Under the pieces are notes generated by a model, which ran no database searches, was not told the DNA's origin, and saw nothing but the letters and a program-made list of their open reading frames with translations. A stretch of 64,000 bases of DNA from Octopus sinensis (lineage: Eukaryota), in NCBI RefSeq assembly GCF_006345805.1, contig NC_042998.1:111538001-111602000 (forward strand), read 5' to 3'. The position numbers were made by a program, and so were the translations under genes. Shown one piece after another: positions 52,461 to 64,000 of this stretch (position 1 is its first letter; every line of letters begins with the position of its first letter).

Positions 52461-55055
52461 GTTTCTTTATTGGCCACACAGGGCTGCACACAGATGGGAC
52501 AAATTACAAGGTAGAGCTTTTCTTTTGTGGGATGAAAAAAAAACAAAAAAAAACAAAAAACAAAAGAAACAAAAAAAGGTGGCGTAGGTTTTCGATCAAA
52601 AGGGATCGTAAAAGGGGAAAAAGAAAGGGAAAAAAAGGGAAAAGAAAAAAAAAGGGAAAAAAGGAAGAAAAAAGAGGAAAAAAAGGGGGAGAGGAAAAGA
52701 AACGATCAATAGGGATCGTGTATCACAGTGTCATGATGTACGGTGTAAAGGGGAAAGCAGATAAGGTTTATCCGTGGGAATAAAAGCCTACGAAAAAGAC
52801 CACGGTAACCTCGGTTAATATTGTTATATGTTACCACATTTGTTTGCAAGTGGGTAACCCTCTGTTTTCAATTTCTGGGTTCGTAGGATTATGCTCAAGG
52901 TGGCTTCGTCATTCATACGTGCCATCCTTGCTACATTCACCCATCTTTTTTTAAAACATTCGCTAGACAAAACTTGCCTCTCTACTCTCACTTTCCTTTT
53001 CAAGTGGTACTTGAAGAAGTTGATGAGAGATTGACCAGAGAGGAAAGTGTTTGTCTCCAATCCTTTCAGACGCGTCCACCAGATACATTCCTTCGCCATA
53101 GCCACAAGGATGATGAAAATAGCTCTTCCTTCCCGTTTGAAGGAAGGAGGCGTGACAATATTGACGATAAACTCAGCTGATAAACCGACTCGTCCCACAC
53201 GTGATAGCAGTTGTTCGACATAAGCCCACAGGTCGGAAATTGTTGGACACTGCACGAGTGCGTGCAGAACGGTTTCGTCGCTCTGACCGCATCTCGAGCA
53301 GGTCGGCCCCGTGTTTCTCGAGCCGTGTCTGTAGAGCTGATCCCGAACGGGTAGGGCTTCTCGGTAGCACTGCCAGGCCAGGGACCTCTGGAAGTTGTCC
53401 ATGGGCCCTGGCCCGAAAGTCATCCCGAACAGGCGGGTCAGGTACTTCTCGTCGACGTCCAGGTTCGCCCCGAGCTCGTCGTCGTACCTCCCCTCCACTA
53501 ATCCCCTATAGAATGCTTTGGTTGTGATGGAGTCACTCAAGGTCGACCCAGGACGGCAGAGTTGCTTGAGAGCAACGCGAACACTCGCGTTGCATTCGCC
53601 CTTCCTCGGCCTCTTTTTGATCCACGACTGCAGTTCGGTCATGGAGACGAGCTGCGGGAAAGCGTGCCTCACAAACGGCGACCACACCTGTTCACCGAAG
53701 AGCCTGAGATGTCGCAGTCTCAGCGCGTGTCTGCGCATCATCAACCACGGCATGCCCAGTCCTCCTTTTAACGGGTGTTGACAGAAAATGGATCGCCTGA
53801 CCATCGGGATACATCCTTTCCACAAGAAGCGAAAGAGAATGCGTTCTAGTTTGGTGATGGTAGGGGCGGGACAAGGCACGACGGTCAACCGGTAGTAGAT
53901 GACGGACGCGATGTACGTGTTTGCCACCTCCGCCCGACCTTCTAGGGACAGTTTCCTCTCGGCCTATTGCCGGGCGAGAGTGACCACCCTACTCGTTATC
54001 TCGTTCCAGTTCTTCTCCACTTGGAGGTCCGGACCGAACCAGACCCCGAGCAACTCGACCGGGCCGTCGGTCCAGCGTCCCACGACGGAGGCGCAGGTGG
54101 ACGGCATGGGCTTGCTTCTCCAGGTGCCTAGTCGCAAGCCCACTGACTTTTCCCGGTTGATTTTCGCTCCTGTCACCGCTTCGTAGTTTTTCAGTGTCTC
54201 GCCAACCTGCTCGATGTGCTCGTGGCTAGACACTATGACGGTGACGTCGTCCGCGTATGCAGACACGCTCGTCCCGCATCCCAGTTCTCGCGGGATGCCC
54301 CTCAAAGTTGCCAGCTTCCGCAATAATTGCACGAGAGTCAATACGTATAGAAGCGACGAGAGGGGGCATCCCTGACGGACCGAACGTGCGATGTCGAAAG
54401 GTCTCGATAGATGTCCATTTACGCGAACTACCGAACGGATGCCTCTGTACAAAGCGGCTATCCAGCCGCGGAAGGCGGGACCGAAGCCAGCCGCTCTGAG
54501 GACTGCCTCCAAGTATCGATGGTCCACCCTATCGAAAGCTTTGGATTGATCCAAATTGATCAGCGCCCCACCCATGCCAGGTTCGTTAACTACCCTGTCT
54601 ATGATGTAGCGCATCAGGTGGAGGTTGTCATGGATGGTCCAGCCCGGCACGGCGCATTTTTGCGCCTTGTCGACCAGTTTCTCGATGACAAGCGCCAACC
54701 TCTTGGCCAAAATTTTCAAGTCTGCATTAAGCAGAGTGATGGGCCTAAAGTTATCTATTACATTTCCCTTGTTTAGATCTTTCTTCATCAGTGTTACGGC
54801 TCCTCGGCTCACAAAACCAGGAATGCTCCCGTTTTGCTGCCAGTTGCAGTACACCGCTGCCAAGACATCTCCAAACAAGTCTGGCATACAATTGTAAAGC
54901 TCGTTGCGCCTCTGCCACCCGGGCCTCTCTCGCGGCTCCAACACCTTCGTTCCTTAGAGCACGCATCCTAGCTCTGACAGCACACCTTCGTGTTTGGCGT
55001 TGAAGTGTTGGTCGAGGGCCAACCTCGCCGTCAAAACGTCGGATGCGATGCCGCT
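52461..55055 (-). mobile_element. 5'-truncated Tx1/L1-clade LINE: ORF2 RT + CCHC, 3' UTR, polyadenylation signal
   Basis: ORFs 53964-54944 and 52824-53927 are in the same frame, split by one TAG. FRPITLLN.DLKILA, DQSKAFDRVDH, RQGCPLS, YADDV, CSRC...HAL.C. AATAAA at 52466-71, followed by (TATC)n. Confidence 0.92.
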
Positions 55056-56257
55056 TCTAATTGCCTCTTCTAGCTTCTTAACTAGCTACTGCCATTCTAT
55101 GGTTTCATGCTAGTATCCATGAACTTGGATGTTCACTGAATCTGTGTCACGTATTGTATCGCGTCTTCAGTGTTCTCTTGGGCGGAAAAGAGAGAGAAAA
55201 CAAGTAGTACCTTGTCTACAAGCACCATTGTTAAACTCTGTCGATCCGTTCAGTGACATTTCGCAGTCAAAAGCAATTTCCACCATTTTTAGTTATTACA
55301 ACTTTATAAGAACATATAGCAGTTGATATGCTAGCATTGTGTACTTACGTATTTGTGTGTATGTCTGTGGGTGCCTGTGTATATATACATACTTACATCC
55401 ACACACATGGGCAAATTTTTCGTCTGTTTGTATAAATAGGGCTACATTTTCCAGCGTCTCTTTTCCTAAATTCAGACAGTAGATTATGAGGTGAGAGGAA
55501 TTTAACTGCTATATCTAGGATGTCTTAGATCTGGGAAAACTTCCACCTCATTGACCGAACGTAATTTTCGCTGTACTCTCAGATCAGTTGCAGAAGAATG
55601 ATGAACGGTGATTCAGTCGTGACAACCTACTGTTTGTATATAAGGAAATATATTGTTCCTTACAGCATTTCTTCAAAACGGTATGTAGTGATTTGCGAGT
55701 GTGTAGTGTATTCTCAGCGGGTTATCTATGGAACAAAAATTGCCAGTGAAGGATATTTCTCTCTTCCTCTTTCTCCCCACTTTTTCTAGGGGCAATTTCT
55801 GAGATCCTGAGCTATTCTTTTGGTAGATCGAACGACCATGTGTCAGTCGCATATTGAATAAAATGAACATTTCTCTCTCTCCCTCTCTCCGTCTCTCCCC
55901 CCTCTCCCCTCTCTCTCTCTCTCGCGCGCGCGCGTTCCTTTTCTTCACTTTCCTCTTCTTCTCACACGCCTAACACGTTTTCTAATTTCTTATCTTCAGA
56001 GAAAGTGGTTAGACTAACACTTACGTCAATTGGGTGACCACCTTCAGAGACGATTTGTATATCAGGAATTATGTTGATGGTGTATGAGAGATTTGACTGT
56101 TGTTTTCAGCAGGACTATGTGACAATTGCCTATTAAACAAAATTACCAGTGAACGATATGTTTCTTTCCCTCTCACTTTTTATTATTCCCCCTCCCTCTT
56201 CCTCTTATTCTTTCTCCCTTGTATTTTTCCTCAATTTTATTCTCACTTTCACTTTGC

Positions 56258-56295
<38 letters not shown>

Positions 56296-56963
56296 TTCTC
56301 TCTCTCTCTCTACTCTATATTACGGTTTCTATTTCATATCTTCAATGGCGGTGAATGAACTAACAGTTCACTACTTTAAGTGAGTGGTCGCCTTTAGAGA
56401 CGGTGACCGGTTTGAGTTGGTTAGGAAAAGTAGAATGAGGGTTAGTTATCGACCAAAAGTTTAACCATGATCATTATGATATTTCAGTAAATCGTATACA
56501 TTTATTCTCCGAGGAAAGAAAATAAAAAGTTACTTAGGTCTTCTGCATTTTGTGTTGTGTTTCGCCTCTCTTGTGAATAATACACAACACAGTGCGGTTA
56601 TAAATCATATATGCGTGATTATACGACATTTCCCTACTGGTAATTGTGTATATAATGCTTGAAGTTTTGAAATATCAAAATCTGAAAATATTTATTTTCA
56701 TATCTGAACTTTTAGATTGTATTGTATCAACTAGATTTAGATGTTTTCTGTACACATATAATATATATATATAGTAAAATTGCATATCTACCTACACACC
56801 ACACCCGCCACATGTACACACATACTCATACACACACTCACATATATATATATATTTACATTTGCATATACATATATACATACACACGCACACACACACA
56901 CGTATGAATATGCATATATATATATATAAACAGACAAACAGGCAAACAGATAGACAGACAGAC

Positions 56964-57037
<74 letters not shown>

Positions 57038-57076
57038 CTGCCTATACATGTGTGTGTGTGCGTGTGTGTGTGTGTG

Positions 57077-57118
<42 letters not shown>

Positions 57119-57160
57119 CGTGTGTGTGTGTGTGTTGTGTGTGTGTGTGGTGTGTGTGTG

Positions 57161-57200
<40 letters not shown>

Positions 57201-58099
57201 TGTATATATACAGTGTGTAACTCACTGAATTAAGGAAGATATGTCTTATTACTTTGAACCAATGTCAAAAGTTCGTTCTCAAGAAATAATAACGCGTTTG
57301 TACACCTCTAGTAGAACGGAAACATATACCGTATAGAAAGAGAAAAGAAAATAGAAAGGAAGATGAAGACGCATTTAGAAGAAGGTAGCAGCGAGAGGGA
57401 AGGGTCGAGAGTGAGGGAAGTCGAGAGGAAGAGGAAATAGGACCAGGAAAGTTAATTGACATAAAGCAGAACTTAAGATGTTATATGGGTATAGAGAGAA
57501 TAAAAGAGAAGTGGATACATAAACAGATGAAAAAATGTAATGGAATAGTATTGACAAATATTGGATGAAAATGAAAGTAAAATAATGCAAAACAAAATTG
57601 TGGATGACAATTTTGATTGGAAACTGGAAATAGGTATATTTTGATACCAGGTATTTTAACAGAAGAACTTCTAACCTATTTTTTAATGAAATGTCATGTA
57701 AGCATGTTTCTGGGCATTCATCACATAATACGTCCACAAACAAACAAACAAACACACACACACACATATATCATATGTAATACATACATACATATATACA
57801 GATAGAGAGAGAGAGCGACGTGGGTATCATTGCGTGTGCTTCTTTTTCCACGTTTCTGGATGCCAATGTGTGCATAGAGAGAAATTTCTTGTTCTTGTCG
57901 ATCGTTTCCAATATATAAAAGTTCTATTATATTTTAGTTTCTTACTGTGAGATAGATGAAATTACGTTCAGAATATCTGGTTAGAAGTATGTGTGCGTGT
58001 ACACACATACACACACTTGTGCATGCATACATATACATACATACATACATACATACATACATACATACATACATACATACATACATACATACATACATA

Positions 58100-58775
58100 C
58101 ATTCTAAAAGTTTTGAGACTTTATCAGAAAAAAACATTTATTAATTTCAAAGATGCACAAAACATAATTTCTTTCAAAGTAGGATCTTCTGAATTCGGTG
58201 CACTTCGTGAAGGATTCATAGAAGTCCCCGAAAGTGAATGTATCTAGGACCCTTATCACAGCCTCCTCCAGTTTCTCATTCTTCTTGAGGGACTACAACA
58301 AGTTACAGAGAGCAAGGTCTAGACTGTAGGGAAAGGTGAGGGACAATTTTGATGCATTTGGATCAGCGACATCTGCACAAGGCCTTTTGCAACGAAATCT
58401 CTCTCTCTGAACTCCTATAAAACCTCCACAAAGTATTCTTTGTTGACTGTCTAAACAGAAGGAGCCTAGTAGAGGTAAACGATGCCGTTGCTGTCGAAAA
58501 AAGAAATTATAATGAGTTTCCAGGTGGAGTTGCTTTTCCTGACCTCTTGTGCCAACCAAAAACTGACGCTCGGCTCCTACAAGTTAATCCATAAGCAATG
58601 TGGAGCATTTCATAAGTTCCTGTAGCGTTTTTTCCCAGCTTAACACAACACTTTATTGCATAGCGAGCTTTCAAATTATCTTCACTTCCCGACTGCATTC
58701 TACATACTAGTCAGTTATGAAAAACAATGCTTAGTTGGGTGTGTTCACAGTGCTTTTACATCCGTCTTCGTTAAT
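58100..58775 (-). mobile_element. Internally deleted, decayed mariner
   Basis: N-terminal RYAIKCCVKLGKNAT.TYEML..AYG..SRASVF.WHKR joined to C-terminal PYSLDLALC..EAVIRVLDT..SYFE. Confidence 0.7.
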
Positions 58776-59454
58776 CTTGAATAACCAAAGATGACAGATC
58801 AGCTTATTTGATGTACATAAATAACAAATGACATATTAAAATTACAGTAATATAGGACAGTTATTACAGCTTCTAAAAAACTTGTCACAAAATTTTTCAG
58901 TATGTTCTGTGTTTGTGTGTGTGATGGGGTGTACATGTGTGTGTGCATCTGTCTGTGTCAGTTTGTCTGTGTCTGTGTATGCATGTATTCGTATGTATGT
59001 GTGTTTGTGTGCGTTTGTGTGTATGCGTGCGTGTGCGTGTATCTATATGTATATATGTATATATGTATCTTCGAATTTTAGGCTAGGAAAAGTATGTTTG
59101 TGACATATTTCAACTTCTAAAGGCAAATTTACTTCAGTTACCGTGGAGAAAATTTCTTTCTTATGGTAAAAGAGTAAAACTACTATATCTGTGCAGTGTT
59201 GCCCTCCATCGGATTCTCAGGCTCGGCATTTCTACCTAGTTAGCCGTTATCAAAGGGAAATATCGAACAGCGGTAGCTCTGGGCAGATTGAAAGCCGTAG
59301 CTTTAAAATACAATAGCGCAACTCAGTCAATGCTGTTGGCTGTGTTTTAGTTAAAGCAGATCAAGGTTACTGAGTTCTTCAAATGACATGTCATGTCTTA
59401 TTTGTCGAAGGACTTCGTGTAATCTATGAAACACATACTCTCTCTCTCTCTCTC

Positions 59455-59656
59455 TCTTTTAACTTGTCTCAGTCATTTGACTGTGGCCATACTGGAGCAC
59501 CGCCTTTAGTCGAGCAAATCGACCCCAGGACTTATTCTTTGTAAGCCTAGTACTTATTCTATCAGTCTCTTTTACCGAACCGCTAAGTTACGGGAACGTA
59601 AACACACCAGCATCGGTTGTCAAGCAATGCTGGGGGACAACACAGACACACGCATA

Positions 59657-59718
<62 letters not shown>

Positions 59719-59886
59719 TACGACAAGCTTCTTTCAGTTTCCGTCTACCAAATCCACTCACAAGGCTTTGATCGGCCCGAGGCTATAGTAGAAGACACTT
59801 GCCCAAGGTGCCACGCAGTGGGACTGAACCCGGAACCATGTGGTTGGTAAGCAAACTACTTACCACACAGCCACTCCTACGCCTAT
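59455..59886 (-). mobile_element. SINE family 1
   Basis: Same head, body and tail motifs as 24106-24494. Confidence 0.85.
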
Positions 59887-59989
59887 GAAGACGTCTTTTT
59901 TACATCTCCACTGCAGCCCTGTTATCATTCTCACTATATAAATAGTATTCCTAGTACTTGCACCCTTTATAAAGCCAAACTGTTTAATT

Positions 59990-60965
59990 CTAATCTGATG
60001 TTATTCTGTTTCTTGCCTTCGCAGAATGATCTTTGTAACGTGACTCTTGATACTAATTGTGCGATGTTGTTCACTATCCACTGCTCCTGATTTTTTCGGG
60101 AGTGCAGTAAAGATGGATTTACTCATATCTTCTTGAAATTTCCCATCATCATAGATCTTGCTTATCAGGTTTCTAGTTCCATATTCCGCTAATGCTTTTA
60201 TCATCTCGATCACAATTCCGTCTGGCCCAGCAGCTTTGTTTTTCCTCGTCATTTTGTTGGCTGCATGTACTTCAGATGGCAGGAACTTTTGGACCAATAT
60301 GAGAATTAGGAAAACTAGGCAAGGTTGCTGTCGCATCATGAAATAAATTTCCTGTGTACTGTCCATCAATTCAAAATGTCGATCTTCTTAACCAGCATGG
60401 TACCATCCTTTGCTCTGATACATCCTGACTTTCTGCCAGAGATCTCATACCTCTTCTGATGTACATTGCATCTTACCGGAAATTACCTTTCAATTTCTTC
60501 ACACTATTCATTCAACCAAGTCTCTTTAGACATCCTGCACTTACGTTTAATCAGTCTGTCCAGTTCCTTATACTCTCTTCGGATTTCCTGTTCCTGATCT
60601 TCTGTTTCTTAGTCATCACCGAAAGGACCCCCTCAGTCATCCGTTTCTTATTGTTTCTGTTTTCCTTTTTCTTTTTCTTTTTCTTTAGAAGTATTTCCTG
60701 GGTTGTTTTTCTTAAGGGGTTTCTCGTTACTTCTCAGGTGATCTCCTCACTGTCATCAATCAACTGATTAAATACGTTCTCTACATTTCAACAGTGGTTT
60801 ATTCGGCCGCTCAAAATTCTGCTTTTTATTTTTTGTCTTTTTTTTTGTAGTTTTGGCTCTCCTCAACTTGCCATACCACAACATCCCTCGGGATACGCCG
60901 TTTTTCATGATCCACCCAAACAGCATCCGGCCCCCTCTTGTGGTTGCCCTTTCAGTCGCCTTTTA
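59990..60965 (-). mobile_element. RTE (BovB-like) LINE fragment
   Basis: EYKELDRLIKRKCR..KETWLNE, NKAAGPDGI..EM.KAL..G, SIFTALPKK.GA..HRTIS..SHVTKIILR. Confidence 0.85.
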
Positions 60966-61059
60966 TATACAATGTGTGCATATATGTGTGTGTGTATGTG
61001 TGTGTGCGTGTATGTGTGTGTGTTTGTGTGTGTGTGCGTGTGCGCGTGTGTGTGTGTGT

Positions 61060-62140
61060 ACACATATACCTGAAATTTATAGAAAAACAAAAGACGAAGA
61101 CAGGTGTATTAACAACAAGCAAGAATATTAGTTTGACGCTCGGGAAAAATGAAAAAGTCTTTTACGTTTCAAGCCTACGCTCTTCAACAGAAAGGAATAA
61201 GAGAAAATAAACTGAGAGAGAATGAAAAGAAATTGTAGATTTCAGCGGTCCAGCATAGCGAATGCTTGATAAAAAAAAAGGAGGTTGAAAGAAAGGGAGA
61301 TAATAATAAAAAGAGGTTGATTGAAAGGGAGATAATAAAGTGATAGTGATCCCAAGAGAAGGTGCGCATGCATGTGTCTATATGTGAGAATGGTGTGTGT
61401 GAGTGTATAAGTATATGTATGAATAGGGGCGAGTGACTGATGTGTGTGAGTTTGTGCGTGTGTAACGTGTGTGTGTGTGTGTGTGTGTTGTGTGTGTATC
61501 AGTTGATGTGTGCTTTTTCACGTGGATGTGCACATGTATGTGTGTTTGTCTCTCTGATCAAACAGTGTGCATGTGTATGATGTATATATGTGGGCGAAAA
61601 TTATCTTTCTCTATGTATGTTGCGTGTGTTAATGCGTGTTGCGTGTGTATATATATGTATATATATATATAGCCTGTGTCCAGGTATTATGTGTTTGTGT
61701 GGGTGTAAGAGTATATATTGTCTGTGTTCAGGTATTCTGCACTTGTGTGCGTGTGGGAGTGTGTACGATAGTGTGTGGAGTTAACCAATGTGTTTGGCTG
61801 CTCATATAGTGGTATGTGTGGTGACGCTATCGAAGATTGTTTGGTGGGGTGAGGTGTATGGTGTGGGCGCTGGGAAGTTGTCAGTGCTAGTGTGCGTGGA
61901 ATGAGTTTGTATCAAATGAAAATAGGAGGTGAGGCTGGTGTCAGATGAAGAGAGGAGGTGAGTTTAGTCCATATGGCGCAAAAAAGCAAAGACAGGAGAT
62001 TAATTCTTGTTCACGTCGAATGTAAGGATCCGGATGGCCCCTGTGCAAAGACAGTCGAAACGCAGACAGATGTAGCGAATGGCCGGTAGAGCGGAAATGG
62101 AGTGAGACCGGGATGTCATTGCCGAGTCTGAAGTCCGGAT
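61060..62140 (-). mobile_element. Penelope-like 3' fragment: GIY-YIG C-terminus + CA-rich pseudo-LTR with minimal hammerhead
   Basis: IPVSLHFRSTGHS.HLS..RREQELI..L..FAPYGLN (61941-62140). Hammerhead at 61159-61194. Confidence 0.7.
61159..61194 (-). ncRNA. Ultra-minimal hammerhead-like motif with variant core
   Basis: CTTT-CTGTTGA-A-GAGC-gtag-GCTT-GAAAC-GTA-AAAG. Stem III is only ACGT with no loop, and the core is CUGUUGA rather than CUGANGA. Confidence 0.55.
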
Positions 62141-62221
62141 TATGTATGTATGTATGTATGTATGTATGTATGTATGTATGTATGTATGTGTATGTATGTA
62201 TGTTTGTATGTATGTATGCAT

Positions 62222-62776
62222 GCATGAACGTCATTATTTAGTTTTATTTCAATATTTCATGCCAATAGAGAAGTAGCCGGTTCCTAACCTAGATCAACGG
62301 CTCCTTCATAGGAATTTCAACATCAGCAGGCTATTTTTGTATGTATGTATATGTGCAGATTTCTATGATTTGCTTTATGTATGTATTCTCATGAATATAG
62401 CTGCATATCTAGACATGATCATATATACTTAAATGATAAACTTTTGGAAAATTTTAGATTTTTACAGGTCCAGTGTTGGATTGGAACTGTAGTCTTCGAA
62501 TCAGCTTTCTCCTTCCTGGTTTTGAGAAGCCTAATTTGTCAAGATTGGTATTTAGGCAGTCTGTTACATATCTTTTGGCCCCTGTAAAGACCGGTATAAA
62601 CCTGGACTTATAATCTGGATAGAGTAACTGCAGATTTCTTAGTAATACAGCGTAGGTATTTTCTTTTTCGTTGATCTTTAGCTTTATATTAACATCCGTT
62701 GGGCAGCTGATTTCCACAACTGTACACAGTTTTACTTCCTTATCCCTAATTACTATGTCAAGTCTATTACGTTTAC
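62222..62776 (-). mobile_element. R4/Dong RLE 3' fragment of the (TACA)n-associated subfamily
   Basis: NRLDIVIRDKE..VEISCP.DVNI..KINEKE..LLRNLQLLYPDYK..VKI, the same subfamily motif as 39620-41130. (TACA)n on both sides. Confidence 0.85.
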
Positions 62777-62946
62777 TATGTATGTATGTATGTATGTATG
62801 TATGTATGTATGTATGTATGTATGTATGTATGTATGTATGTGTGTATGTATGTATGTATCTCTGTATGTATGTATGTATGAATGGATGGATGGATGGATA
62901 TGTATGTACGTATGTATGTTTGTATGATGGTATGTAAGTATGCATG

Positions 62947-62978
<32 letters not shown>

Positions 62979-62979
62979 G

Positions 62980-63049
<70 letters not shown>

Positions 63050-63094
63050 TTCGACTACGCTTTCCAGTAAATAATGTGATTTGTTGAATACTAT

Positions 63095-63143
<49 letters not shown>

Positions 63144-63179
63144 TTATACGGATACACACACACACACACACATCTAAGC

Positions 63180-63220
<41 letters not shown>

Positions 63221-63459
63221 CTTGTAAATGCAGACGTGGAAAGAGAAAATAAATGCTGAAATTTCAATAATGCTTTTCTGCACTTTCCTTTTGGGTTTGT
63301 TCGACAGTAGTGATTGAAAAGAGAACATACATATAATTTGGATTCATTCTGGAAGCCGCAAAATATTTGAATGTTAATACACACTTTGATTGGTTGTTGG
63401 GAATCGATTGAGCTTGTGTAAGTAAAAAAACAACACAGATATATATGTGTGTATGTGTA

Positions 63460-63491
<32 letters not shown>

Positions 63492-63700
63492 CACATGTGC
63501 ATATATATGCATATATATGTGTGTATGTGTGTATATATACATGTATGTATGTATGTATGTATGTATGTTTGTATGTATGTATGTAGGCGTATACTGAAGG
63601 TGAAAGAAAGTGATAGAGAGAGACTTCAACGACAGAAGTACAGTGTAATTGAAAGAAAAATACCACGATAGCTTGCAAGAAGAGAATGGTTATAAGAGTG

Positions 63701-63731
<31 letters not shown>

Positions 63732-63752
63732 GAGCGAGAGAGAAAGAGAGAA

Positions 63753-63791
<39 letters not shown>

Positions 63792-64000
63792 ATTTTTAGT
63801 AAAGTTTTAGAATTATAAATAGCTACAAATGTTAAAACGCTCTATATCGATGATCTATGTAATTGAATGATGAAGAGAGAACGGTAACGATAAAAAGGTA
63901 AGTGAACGGAAAAAAATGTTTTATTGTGTAATATGTTGTTTAAATGATGGCTTGTATGACAGTTTCTTTATAAACTGCCGTTCAATATTGAGGGGAAAAT

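Noticed and set aside
57695-57730. Hammerhead-like GTGATGA..GAAACATGCTTA (minus)
   Set aside because: The core C is missing, stem II does not pair, and the triplet context is wrong.

Overview
AT-rich, microsatellite-saturated eukaryotic DNA. The SINE families look cephalopod (Octopus-like); this is recognition from memory, not a search result. I can support no intact host gene, tRNA, rRNA or CRISPR array, and most ORFs in the track are translations of simple repeats. The window is a dense retroelement and transposon graveyard. It holds R4/Dong-type LINE pieces in (TAA)n and (TACA)n arrays, a nearly intact Tx1/L1 ORF2, CR1-group and RTE fragments, a full-length mariner nested in a LINE, two decayed Tc1/mariner relics, two Helitrons, two abundant tRNA-derived SINE families and a 1.46-kb (GTGC)n block. 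The most interesting signal, which the ORF track does not show, is a set of at least five recognisable minimal type-I hammerhead ribozyme motifs (three with every core element intact) plus several remnants. Most sit in short (TA)n-anchored elements with fold-back (inverted-repeat or palindromic) ends. Every one has a self-complementary stem III segment, and Penelope-like GIY-YIG relics lie nearby. I infer a family of non-autonomous, Penelope-derived ribozyme/fold-back elements. All alignments and folds were done by eye, and coordinates of decayed elements are approximate.
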